Assembly: GCA_032718475.1 (NCBI GenBank) | Contig: JAUCBJ010008670.1 | Location: forward strand, 1 to 64,000 | Length of the DNA stretch: 64,000 nucleotides | Reading direction: 5' to 3' | DNA from: Nemertoderma westbladi | Lineage: Eukaryota > Animalia > Xenacoelomorpha | Shown: positions 13,568-25,053 of the stretch, piece by piece | How positions within the stretch are numbered: the first letter of the stretch is position 1 | Layout of the letters: each line of letters begins with the position of its first letter | Program-made: the position numbers and the translations under genes | Notes under the pieces: model-generated | What the model was told of the DNA's origin: nothing | The model's input: the letters and a program-made list of their open reading frames with translations, nothing else | Database searches by the model: none

Positions 13568-13776
13568 TGTATGGATATGGATATATGATACAAAGTATAA
13601 TCTGATATGTTAACAATTCGTTATATTACATATCAGACACGAGATACTACGGTACGTGCTAAGTAGTAGATCAGTACTACTGCTGTACTACCGTAAGCAG
13701 CAGAGATCAGTATATTGCTGTGTATCCCAGATACTGAGTGTGCTGAGTATGGGGCGAGCCACGCGGTATCACCACA
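13568..13776 (-). repeat. 3' LTR of the Gypsy element (209 bp)
   Basis: TGTGGTG...ATACA on the minus strand. About 83 bp are identical to 18172-18254. Confidence 0.95.
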
Positions 13777-16700
13777 CCCCCTTTCTAGCATTGACACCGT
13801 AGTGCTGGCAATGCTATCAGTCTATAGTCTGCGGGGTGGGCATCTCACCCGCCGTGGGTAGCTGTGCCGCGGGGGCTCCACCTGAGTTTCGAGCTCTGGG
13901 CTCCACGTGACGGTGCCTGGTGGCCGCGGTGGTGGTGGCGCTGGTTCTGGAGCCAGCTGCGGTTCCAGGTGTGGCGCCGAGGTGTCTGGCAATAGAAGGC
14001 GCCGGTTGCGGACCAGGGTGCATCACGAGGGTGTCTGAACCCTGTATTTGCGGTTGGGCGCAACTTCCACTACCACACCCGTGCGGTCCCAGCGCTTGGT
14101 GGTGGGGTGTTGTATGCGGACAGGTGTTCCCAGGGGAAGGGGTGTCAGGGCCTTGGTGCCCTGGTTGTAGCGCCTGACTTGCGCCGCCTGTAGTGAAAGG
14201 AGGACCTTGTCCAGGTGCGCCTGAGTTGCCTGGTGGGTCGCCGCGAACGCCGAGTGGTGCGTGGGAACCCGCGTCCGCGTTGGGTGGCCGAAGAGGATTT
14301 CGGCCGGTGACTTCCTGTGCTCCCGAGGGGAGTTGCGGAGTTCAAGGAGCCCCTCCTGGAAATGCGGATTCGTTGTGGAGCCGCCGGTCTTACTAAGGAG
14401 GCCCTTGATGGCCTTGACGGCGGACTCAGCGAGGCCGTTTCCCTGGGGGTATCCTGGTGATGATGTCACCGGGATTACCCCCCAGTCATGGAGGAAGTCG
14501 ATGAAGGAGGCGGCGGTAAACTGAGGACCGCCGTCGGACCGGAAGTGGGTGGGGACCCCGAACCGAACGAATAGTTCCCGCAGGTTGTCCGCCGTCTTTG
14601 CTGCTGTTGGGGAGGAGGTGAAGGGTTGCACCTCGAGCCACCCCGAGTAGCTGTCGACGAGCACCAGAAAGTCCATCCTGTTGAGGGCGAAGAAGTCCCC
14701 TGAGACGGACTCCAAGGGCGGGTTGCTGGGGCGTTGGCCTTGGTCATGGGTTCCTTGGCCTGGCTGGACTGGTGGTTCATACGGACGCCGCACGTAGTGA
14801 CGGTGGTCCTGACGTCATTGGTAATGCCCGGCCAGTAGACGCACTGGCGGGTGCGCCGGAGCGTTTTCTCCACACCCTGGTGCGGCACGTAGAGTCGTCG
14901 TAGGATGTCGCGACGGGACTCCTTCGGGACGACCATTCATTGCCCCAACAGGACGAGACTCTGGTCCGTGGTGAGGGAGACTCTGATGGACCAATAGGGG
15001 GCCAGAGCGCCCTCGTTGGGTTTGTGGGCGGGAAACCCCATCTCGATGGCCGACCGTAATGCAGTATAGTCGGTGTCGGCGTCGGCTGTCCGCGACAGCA
15101 CGAGTAGAACCGGGTCAGCGAGGCGGTCCGGCTCATCGTCGAGTTGGGCCGCCGTGGATGCGGTGATGGAGTGGAGACAGTATGCCATCTCGCCTTCGTA
15201 GACTACGTCCCGCGGGGAGGGGTCGTCCACGGGGGACCGGGAGAGCGCGTCCGGAATGCGGTGCTCCTTTCCCTTGCGCCACACCGTCTTGAAGGAGTAG
15301 GGGAGGAGTCGCGTTTTGAGGCGCTGGAGGCGGGTATTGTCGGTTGCGTCGACGGTGTAGCGGTCAATAATAGTGACCAGGGGTTGGTGGTCGACCACTA
15401 GGGTGTACTGTGGGAGGCCGAGGAGGTATAGACGACATTTCTCGGTTGCCCACACTACCGCGAGTAGTTCCAACTCCACCATCGCGTACCGAGATTCTGT
15501 CTCGGTAGCGAACCGCGATCCGCACTCCACGAGTCGCCAGTCGGCGCCGTGTCACTGTAGGAGGGCGTATCTGAGGCCGTGTTGTTGGGACGCGTCCATC
15601 TGGAGCATCGTCTCCTTGGTTGCGTCGTAGGGTGCGAGGACTGCTGGGGACAGCAGGGTGGAGGCGATGTCCGCTGTGAACGGGGCCAGCTGTTCGACCA
15701 GGCCGATGAAACTGTGGAGGTCGGTTAAGTTCGTGGGGCGGGGGAAATGGGAGATGGCCCGGACCTTGTCGGGGTCGGCCTGGATCCTGTAGCCCCCACG
15801 ATGTAGCCGGCGAACTTCACAGCGGATTGTGCGAACTGCACCTTGTCCGGGTGGAGAGTTATGTGGTGCTCCCTGCACCGCTGCAGAAAGGCGCGGACGC
15901 TGGCCACATGTCCGTCGAGGGAGGCGTTGTGGAGGAGGCAGTCGTCGACGACTTTAGCGAGTTATGGAAGTCCGAGGAGTGCTTCGTTGCCTCGGCGGTT
16001 GAACTCGTCCCCACTGGAGACGAGTCCCATTACGCTCCTGGTATGTTTATACTGCCCCCACGGAGTTACGAAAGTAGTGAGGAGCTGCGACTCTGGTTCG
16101 AGAGGAACCTGCCAGTACCCTGAGGCCGCGTCGAACACAGAGAAGAACTTGGACGACGTGTCGATGTCGGAGACGACCATTCTCGGGTTCGGGGACAGGT
16201 AGTATGGGCATCGCACCTGCGAGTTGAGGTGTCGCAGGTCGACGCACAGACGCAACTTCCCGTTGGGCTTCAGAGCCACCGTCATCGGGTGAACCCAATC
16301 CGTAGGTTCGATGACCCGCTCGATAACGTGGCATCGCTCGAGTTTGTCGAGGAGTTTCTTAACGCCATCCCGGATGGCGTGGGGGGTGGGCCGGGCACCG
16401 TTTGCGTGGAAGGGAGTCGCCCATTATTTGAGTTCGATACGCATCGGCGGCCCACTCATCGTGCCGAGGGGTAGCGAGGCATCGTCGAAGACGTCGCTAA
16501 ACTCGGCGAGAAGATCCTCCCGAATCCGCGGAACATCGTCGATGCGGAGATCCGGCATAGCGTCGCTGATGGAGGCTACCGGGGCTCCGCCCGGAGAACA
16601 GCATCTCGCCGGGAAGTTGGGCGGGAAGATCCCGAGGTTGGTTATCGTTGCCCGAGAGAGGTTGAGACCATCGATGTCGGGACAGATATAGATCTCCATT

Positions 16701-18157
16701 GTGGCGGAGGTGCCGTCGTAGTTTACCCGCACCGGGAGTCGACCAACTGTCTCGAGTGGGAGTTTATTCGCCACGGTGAAGTCGTCGGTTGATCGGTGTG
16801 GGAGGAGGTCCTCATCTTCGCCTCCGTGTCCATGGAAGTTGGTCAGACCCATCATCTTTCCAGCGGCGCCGCTGTCTGGGAGCGCGTGCCGGACAGTCCC
16901 GAGTTCCTTGTCCCGGCGGGTGTCGTGGAGTCCCACCGTGATGTAGCGGAGGCTGCAGGTAGCGTGGGTCGCTGTGACAGATCGGATCCCGAGTCGTGGG
17001 ATGATCGAGGAGACCCTGTTGGGTTTGGGGCCAGGTTTCTGGGTCGCCTTGTTACTCTGACGGCAAACTTCCTTAAAGTGGCCCTGTTTACCACAGCCGC
17101 GGCACGTGAAGTCCTTAGCGGGGCAGTTGGGGCGTTGTTGGCGGCCACAGTTGTCGCATCCCTTGTCGGTATCGGGACGGCGGTTGGACCCGCTTCGTGC
17201 TCGGCCCTGGTCGTCATTGCGCGGCCGGTTGTACGCGGATGGACATCCGCGCTTGTAGGCTGACACCTGAGTGATAGGCTACCCACCCCCCACGATCGAG
17301 TCGTTTCGCCCACTCGCCTCTACACTTTGGCAGATCCTGACGCAGTCCTCGAGAGTCGGCTGGGGGAGAACCTTCAGGAGTTCGGTCCAGGTCTCCGAGC
17401 ACCAGATACCGACGAGGACCTGCGTTACGATCTGTTCGTTGCGGCAGTGGCCGCACAGTTCCGCATTGTCGGCGAGTTCCTCCAGGGCCACACGGAACGA
17501 GTCGAAGGACTCGCTGGCACCCTGTCGCCGATCGTGGAACTCAATCCGGTCGATCGCGACACTCCGCTTCGCGCGGAGGTCGCCCTGGAGTTGGTCGAGG
17601 ATCAACTCCGGCGTGGTCGCATTGTCATCGATGTCGAGGTGCAGCGTGACCCGGATCGTCTCTTGGAGGCCGCTTCCGAGGGCAGAGACGAGGGCGTACA
17701 CCTGCTCTACGTTGGGGAACGTCGCCATCTGTTGGTGGTGGGCGTGGACCAGCAAGGCTTGGCACCACCTGCAGAAGGTAGCGTAGTCCACCTCGTTGTC
17801 GACGCGCTCGAGGCTGGCGATGTCGATGACCCGACTTCTGGGAGCCGGGGCTGGGTGAATGGAGAGTACGTCCGCGTTGGCGACCACCGGTGCCGGACCG
17901 GGATCCGCACGTCCCGCAGCCGCTGCGGGGTTAATGGCCGCAAGGAGCTGCGCTAAGCGGGTGTCGGAAGCCGCTTGTTGCTGCGCTAGGACCCGGGCCA
18001 AACAAGCGTTAGAGTCAGCCTGTTGTTGGGCCAGAAGTTGGACCAGATCCGCGAAAGGTGGCCGGGTAGGAGAGGCCGCCATCGCCGCGATCGTGTCTCC
18101 GCTATCCCCGCAGGATGCTCGGAGTCGGAACCTGTAGGTAGCGGGGTAGACTTCTTG

Positions 18158-18254
18158 CTGTACTACTACCATAAGCAGCAGAGATCAGTATATTGCTGTG
18201 TATCCCAGATACTGAGTGTGCTGAGTATGGGGCGAGCCACGCGGTATCACCACA
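18158..18254 (-). repeat. Truncated 5' LTR of the Gypsy element
   Basis: Matches only the first ~95 bp of the 3' LTR, then runs directly into internal sequence; no PBS seen. Confidence 0.9.
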
Positions 18255-18944
18255 CAGACAGTTACCCAAACTGTCACTTCACAACATATTGTACACAAAG
18301 TCTGTGTATGAGCGTTTAAAACTCTACATATTGTTTCTTCATTATAAGTAATTAATATTCTAGAATTGAGTAAAAAAAAACGTTAGAATTATATAGATTT
18401 ATGTGTAAAATGTATACCTTTGAATATTGATAATATCTCCGGAAGTTATTGGTGAAATTTTAAACGGTTTTCTTATTCTGAAAATGCAGATGAAGGCGGT
18501 TCTAATGATATCTAGATTTCATTCCAAAGACGAAAAATAAAGCCGACTGAGGTGGATATTACGAAATAGACGAGTTTTTAACGTCTTGTTGTATCGAAAT
18601 AGCTCATAAATTTAAAAATCCGGCCAGGCCAACAGTAAGAAAAATGGTCGAACTATCATAATACCAAATTTTGTAGCATTTTAAAATTAGAAAATTTTTG
18701 GAAATCGACCACCCCTAATAACTATATCCCAGCTGGGCTGGTATTATAGCAGTTATTCATTCATATAGTTTATGTCTCTTGATATAGCCATATAGCTAAT
18801 GTCCACAATACTCATCATCAACGAACCCAAAATCCAACATTAGTAGTTACTTGAGAAGTTCATCACATACACCAATTTAAAACTATTAGATTGCATCTTC
18901 AGTCTTTATCCCTTTTACAATCAAATGGTAGGAAGCAAAGGCAG

Positions 18945-19290
18945 CGGTTATATTGAAAAATATCAAGACATGAAAAATATCGAGAGTACCGCAATTATAT
19001 TGAAAAATATCGAGAAAAAAATATCGAGTGTTGAAAAATATCGAGAGTAAAAATATCGAGTATTGCAAAAGATCGAGAGTGAAAATATTAAGTGTTGAAA
19101 AATATCGAGAGTAAAAATATCGAGAGTAAAAATATCGAGTGTTGAAAAATATCGAGAGTAAAAATATCGAGTGTTGAAAAATATCGAGTGTAAAAATAAC
19201 GAGTATTGAAAAATATCGAGAGTAAAAATATCGAGTGTTGAAAAATATCGAGTGTTGAAAAATATCGAGTGTACAAAATATAGAGCAAGC
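18945..19290. repeat. 15-17-bp minisatellite (AAAAATATCGAGAGT / AAAAATATCGAGTGTTG)
   Basis: About 20 tandem copies of two interspersed variants. Confidence 0.9.
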
Positions 19291-19588
19291 CCTAATTATT
19301 GAAAATAATCCTTACTAATCCATATTTTATCAATACCCTTAAATATTAATCAAAATAATATCACATGTACATAACAGATGCAACATATCCTATCAAACTT
19401 GAAACAATGCCAAAATAATACAACTGACCTTATTGTCTTGCATGTTTATTAAAAACATTTGAGGCATATTTTTAAAATTAAGGCATTAAAATTTTTGTAG
19501 CACATTTTTATATTTATAATTATTTATAATATTAAATATTTTCTGTAGAACCACATTTTACGAATGTTACATCTTCTATGCGGCCAAC

Positions 19589-19839
19589 ATGAAACATCCA
19601 CATAAAGTGTTAGTTTTTTCAGTTCTTTCTTTAATCATACAAATAAGTGTAGCTGAAATTCTCAGCTACTCTGAGAAACAGCTGATACTGAATTGGCACA
19701 ATGATAGACGCCGCAATGCGGTGGACCCGGACCATCCAAATGTGGATTACTATGGAACTAATGTTCCTGACGCCAGTGGAATGAATGAACTGGTATGGGA
19801 TGCTGATCTGGAGAAAATAGCCCAGCAATGGGCTGATGG
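19589..19839 (+). CDS. Coding exon 1: signal peptide + CAP N-terminus
   Basis: MKHPHKVLVFSVLSLIIQISVA signal-like; ILNWHNDRRR (HNxxR), ASGMNELVWDADLEKIAQQWADG; donor GG|GTGAGT. Confidence 0.93.
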
Positions 19840-21068
19840 GTGAGTAACGTTACTCTAGGTATTCAAATGTAGGCCTGATGGGTGTCCATCATCTAAAAAC
19901 TATTTCACATAGTTATTTTGAATTCCATACATAGACTAATATATATGCTAACATAGATGCACGAGAGTACAGCTCAGCAGACTTCAGGACGAACTGTGAA
20001 TAAATTGAGTTATTAATAGAATGCATTTTAGAACATCATTAGCTAGCTGAAATCCTACAAGACAGTTGGACAGATGACTGCCTGCAACGATACACTGTAA
20101 AAAATAAATAGCCTTTTCACCATAAAAAGGTCGCGTATAGCCCTGCTGCACCTCATTTATGGTAAAAGGTATTAAACAAATTAATGCAAAGGCCATAAAT
20201 AATATATGGCAAAAGCTGGTTTATTTCTTGTGATTCACCATCAAATATTTACGGCAAAATAGGAGCTGCTCTGCTATAATATAGGCGGTAAACCTCTATA
20301 ATAAAGTTATGGCGAAAATCTGTGGATTTCCTGGTTCGCCATAAAATAATTATGGTGAAATTGACCCTGCTGTATTTAGTTCACCATGGAACATGTTATG
20401 GCTAAAATACGTTTATATCTGGTGATTCACCATGTACATGCTATGATTTTTGCTATGGGGGTATTCCTGGTCACTGATTTCATTTCGAGGTCAGTTTTCA
20501 CTTTTAGTGAAATCTAGTTTTTCTGTATGTCTCTCTGTCGGTCTTTCGGACTATCCGACAATCTATCCGTCGAATATGAAGGTCACACCATCGAGGTAAA
20601 AGTTTAGTTATAAGGGTTTTCCTGTTCGCAGAATTCATTTCTATTGTCAGTTTTATCGTTTGATGATTTCCAAATTGTCTGTTTGGCTGTCTGTTATATT
20701 TTGATGGACAGACATACAAACAGAAACGACAAGCCCAAATTTGAATACTGAGATCAGAAATGAAGTCACCGACCAAGAAAACCCATATAGGATTTTTTTT
20801 AGACAGATAGTATTATTTTTATTGACGGGCAGACCAACAGTCCATCGGATAGAGAACCATTTCGAGAAGTATGACAGATCTTGCTAAACCGTTTTCAAAT
20901 TTGGAATCTTGATATAAATCTGCTCTAGATGTAATATGGAAAACTTTTTTTAAAACTAAATAAACTAATATTGCAATTCATTGTTACACAAATTGACAAA
21001 TGACATAGTAAACAATAACATGACAAATAACGTGTTAACAAATATTGCAAAACATTGTTATTTCATGA

Positions 21069-22534
21069 CTAATATTGAAAAACATTGTTCCTAATTCGCC
21101 CAGCCTGAGAGTTTTTTATTACTTTATGGCCAGTTATCAAACTTGCAATAAACTCAAAAAAAAAACCATTTGGGAAAACGAAATTAAAAGCATAAATAAG
21201 GCCTAAAGTAAATAAAATAACGTAGTCAAAGCTTTTCACAGATTCAATACCCCACTTGGTTAGTATTGCCCGCCAAGCTGTCTTCAGAGGTCTGAAAAAG
21301 GCCACATCCAAGGGTTGTAGTATGTGAGTGGCATTAGGAACAAGAGGAATATAACTAATATATATTATTTGATTTGCAGCTAAGAACAACTTTAATAGAG
21401 AGGTGGCTAGACAGATTATCACCAATAAGAATTTTTTCCCATTCAGTTTATTGGCAGCTGGTAGAAATACCTCGAAGTACATCGAACCCTCGAACCATCC
21501 TGATTCTGTTGCATCGTAAATTGTGCCGGATGGCCCCCCTATTCCCCATTCCGGATCGTATCTTCCAGCTTTATATATCACCATAAGAGGCAATAAATTA
21601 CCATCCACTGACCCACTGAACATAAGAGAGACCACCTGTTTTGATTTTGAGATAATACGCTCCACACGTTTCAAACCACGCTTGCAGATAACCCTTTTGT
21701 CCCCAGGCTGCTGGGCTGGTTGCTCACATTGGTTTCATCAAAATTGAAAATGTTAGATGGTGGAATCACATCTGTTACTTCAGCTTCGTAATTGTTAAAG
21801 AAGGCATTAAGTTGCTTCTCGCCAACCTCTGCCCTTGCAGGAGTAACATTGTCTGCGATGCGTTTGGTTAGCTTGTGTCTAACAAGGAACATTTCAAGCC
21901 AATCGCGTCCTGGAAGGTTTGTCTCGGGTCCTGCTTGAGTCCTTGCTGAGTTAAATTCTTTCACTACTTTCCCTGCAATATTTAGCATGTTTTGGACCAT
22001 CATACAGACTTCAATCCCTTCAATTCGTTTTCTCCAACGAGCTAAGATATTTATGGCCTGTACAACTTTCACTTCCACTTCATTAGTCATTGCTGTAGGA
22101 TGACCAGCCAATCCCTCATGGTGCTTATTAATTCTATTCCACAGTGTCCCATAGGGTATTTTCAGCTTTTTACTTACACATTTAATACTTTCTCCATGTT
22201 CTTTAACTCGGCGAATTGCCTTATATTATATTCTATTATATTTCAGTATTTTGTACATAGAATAGGCAGATAGGCCTATATCTATAACAGTATAAGAAAG
22301 TACCGATACTAAATTAAGGCTGTAAGGTTGTTTAGGTGTAATGATATATGGTAGAAAGATATTATATTGTTGACTGTCAGACTGTAGGCCTACCACTACC
22401 GGTCAGCCGGTTCTGTACTGGAGTGCTGTTTATCTTATCATTAAGGTAGGCCTACAGTATTTGTGTCAAATATCAAAGAAGCCCCAGTGAAATCAAAGTA
22501 ACCCCAGGGTATCAAAGTAGCCCCCTTCTACGGT
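21069..22534 (-). mobile_element. Decayed pogo/Tigger-like transposon (HTH + DDE_1 transposase), one TIR
   Basis: AIRRVKEHGESIK..KIPYGTLWNR, PGRDWLEMFLVRH, FNFDETN, ESGWF, THILQPLDVAFFRPLK, with frameshifts. Terminus TA|CCGTAGAAGGGGGCTACTTTGA with repeated GGGGYTACTTTGA-like sites. Confidence 0.9.
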
Positions 22535-23247
22535 ACCCATTGCCCAGGGTACCGGCAGACCGGTTCCGGTACCTTACCACACTACCGGTCTGCTCTCTGC
22601 TCTGCTGGCTGGCTGCAGTAGTCCTACTGCAGTACTGACCAGTAGCCCGCTGACCGTTACATTGCTGCACTGTCTGAATAAATATGTCATCTGTCTGTCT
22701 GTATGCTGTAGCGCTGTAGGTTCAGACAATCAGACATTACAGCATTAGCTAGTAATACTGTAATAGCAGCTACCGGTCAGCCAGTGACCGGTACAACTGT
22801 AGAACAGTAGAAGCCTACTCCTGTCCTGCGCCAGCAGTAGTTTCTATAATTATTGTAGGTATGCCTGTATGCCTACAGCAGTACAGCTGTACAGACGACA
22901 GATTAAGATATTTCTCTATTAGGCCTACTGCTGTACTGCATAGTAGCTACCGGTACAGCCAGACAGCTGCACTGCAAACTGCAATAGTTATAATAACAGA
23001 GAATGCAGTAATGTACCGTACTGAAATAAAATGTCTACAATGTGACCGACCGCCGGAATTCAAATCTGCCTCCATTTAATCATATTTCGGTTAATTAGGA
23101 TTTCCCTTAAATAATTTATGGTCAAAAATTTGCAATTTCTGGTGAAAATATACAAGATGTCATAAAGCCTAGGATGGCTAAAACGTCTGTCCTTATCTGA
23201 TCTGATCTGATCTGACGGTATCTGACACTTGTTCCACCTGGTTCAGA

Positions 23248-23460
23248 GCGCACCTTGGTGTAGTGGTTATATTGAATTCACATCTCTCGGAGGTTGTGGG
23301 TTCAACCCCGGCATGGGGCCAAGGTAGTTTTCGTTTCGGCACGAATGTTTTGAAGGGTTTAGCGAGGCATCTCTGACTTGCATCCTTAAATGGTAGCTAA
23401 ATGAGTACTGGACTTTCTGCCTATGTCAGCATGTGAAGTTTCCCCGGTATTCCCTTTAAA
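23248..23460 (+). mobile_element. tRNA-derived SINE (degenerate)
   Basis: A box TGGTGTAGTGG and B box GGTTCAACCCC, followed by non-tRNA body (CATCC...AAATGAGTAC). Confidence 0.7.
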
Positions 23461-23813
23461 CCCGGGGGGGGGGGGGGGGGTCAATATAATACCTCCCACT
23501 CTGAAACTAACGATACTAACTAAAATACTAACTGAAACGAACTAAAAGGAATTCAAATAAAATAAGCTAGAAATTTTAAATTTGTTTTTAGCGGCTGGTG
23601 ACAAATTTTGGTGCTGGTCCATGTGAAGAATACCGCCCGTGTGAAGAATACCAGGATTTCACCTTTCGGTCGACTTTTATTGGAATTTTATATTTGAAGA
23701 TTTTACTTTTTTAATTTATCTTTATTGAGTGTATTATATAGCTTATTTATGTCTTATAACCTGCACATATACTAATTCGTTTATTGTTTTGGTTATATTC
23801 AGCCCTTCTGTAA

Positions 23814-25053
23814 ACTATGGTGGCCCTGAACCGCCACTGCAGGAAAAAAAATAAATCTAAAGCAAAACAACTTGTCCAGACGAGATGTGGTATACAACAA
23901 CTCGTCTGGACGAGATGTTGTATGTGAACAACTCGTCCGGACGAGATGTTGTATGTGAACAAACTCGTCCGGACGAGTTGTTGTAGCAAGAACTCGTCCG
24001 GACAAGTTGTTGTAGCAACATCAACAACTCGTCTGGACAAGATGTTGTAGCAACAACTCGTCCGGACGAGATGTTGTAGCAACAACTCGTCCAGACGAGT
24101 TGTTCACATACAACATCTCGTCCGGACGAGTTATTAACATACAACATCTCGTCCGGACGAGTTGTTCACATACAACATCTCGTCCGGACGAGTTGTCCAC
24201 ATACAACATCTCGTCCGGACGAGTTGTTCACATACAACATCTCGTCCGGACGAGTTGTTCACATACAACATCTCGTCCGGACGAGTTGTCCACATACAAC
24301 ATCTCGTCCGGACGAGTTGTTCACATACAACATTTCGTCCGGACGAGTTGTCCACATACAACATCTCGTCCGGACGAGTTGTTCACATACAACATCTCGT
24401 CCGGACGAGTTGTTCACATACAACATCTCGTCCGGACGAGTTGTCCACATACAACATCTCGTCCGGACGAGTTGTTCACATACAACATCTCGTCCGGACG
24501 AGTTATTCACATACAACATCTCGTCCGGACGAGTTATTAACATACAACATCTCGTCCGGACGAGTTGTCCACATACAACATCTCGTCCGGACGAGTTATT
24601 AACATACAACATCTCGTCCGGACGAGTTGTTCACATACAACATCTCGTCCGGACGAGTTGTTCACATACAACATCTCGTCCGGACGAGTTGTTCACATAC
24701 AACATCTCGTCCGGACGAGTTTTTGTACACCACATCTCGTCTGGACAAGTTGTTCACATACAACATCTCGTCCGGACGAGTTGTTCACATACAACATCTC
24801 GTCCGGACGAGTTGTTCACATACAACATCTCGTCCGGACGAGTTGTTCACATACAACATCTCGTCCGGACGAGTTGTTCACATACAACATCTCGTCCGGA
24901 CGAGTTGTTCACATACAACATCTCGTCCGGACGAGTTGTTCACATACAACATCTCGTCCGGACGAGTTTTTGTACACCACATCTCGTCTGGACAAGTTGT
25001 TTTACTTTAGATAATTTTTTTTTCTTGCGGTGGCGGTTCAGGGCCACCATAGT
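23814..25053. mobile_element. Foldback element with TIRs and 31-bp palindromic tandem arrays
   Basis: TIR ACTATGGTGGCCCTGAACCGCCAC at both ends. Unit ACATACAACATCTCGTCCGGACGAGTTGTTC: ~28 copies in the right arm, ~8 diverged inverted copies in the left arm. Confidence 0.92.

Larger units (their letters stand above)
13568..18254 (-). mobile_element. GC-rich Ty3/Gypsy (Mag-like) LTR retrotransposon, near full length, disabled
   Basis: 5-bp TSD CAGAC (13563-13567 / 18255-18259). 3' LTR 13568-13776 with TG..CA ends, PPT AAAGGGGG adjacent. Domain order gag, Zn knuckles, protease (LPDSGA), RT (LRLCVD, DAASGYWQ, KVVDD), RNase H (ELELLAV, VDHQPL), integrase (VDSYSG, SDGGPQF, NGLAE). In-frame stops and frameshifts present. 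Confidence 0.97.
13158..18718. mobile_element. MITE/foldback with ~400-bp imperfect inverted arms, split by the Gypsy insertion
   Basis: 13205-13545 is the diverged reverse complement of 18345-18690 (e.g. GGCCTGGCCGGATTTTT / AAAAATCCGGCCAGGCC). Confidence 0.8.

Noticed and set aside
17279-17281. Programmed gag-pol TAG readthrough
   Set aside because: The stop lies before the nucleocapsid knuckles and four other in-frame stops exist, so decay is simpler.
13817-18319. Long plus-strand and alternative-frame ORFs within the Gypsy
   Set aside because: Expected shadow ORFs of GC-rich coding DNA; no recognisable motifs.
22535-23080. Cluster of TACCGGTA/TAGGCCTA/CAGCTG-type short palindromes
   Set aside because: Low-complexity sequence with no periodicity or boundaries to support a feature.
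23248-23321. Functional tRNA gene (also 46276-46337, 49441-49478, 50092-50160)
   Set aside because: Acceptor and anticodon stems do not pair properly, and they continue into SINE or satellite sequence.
24100-24990. CRISPR-like array of palindromic ~31-bp repeats
   Set aside because: Units are head-to-tail with no unique spacers, no cas genes, eukaryotic context, and bounded by TIRs.
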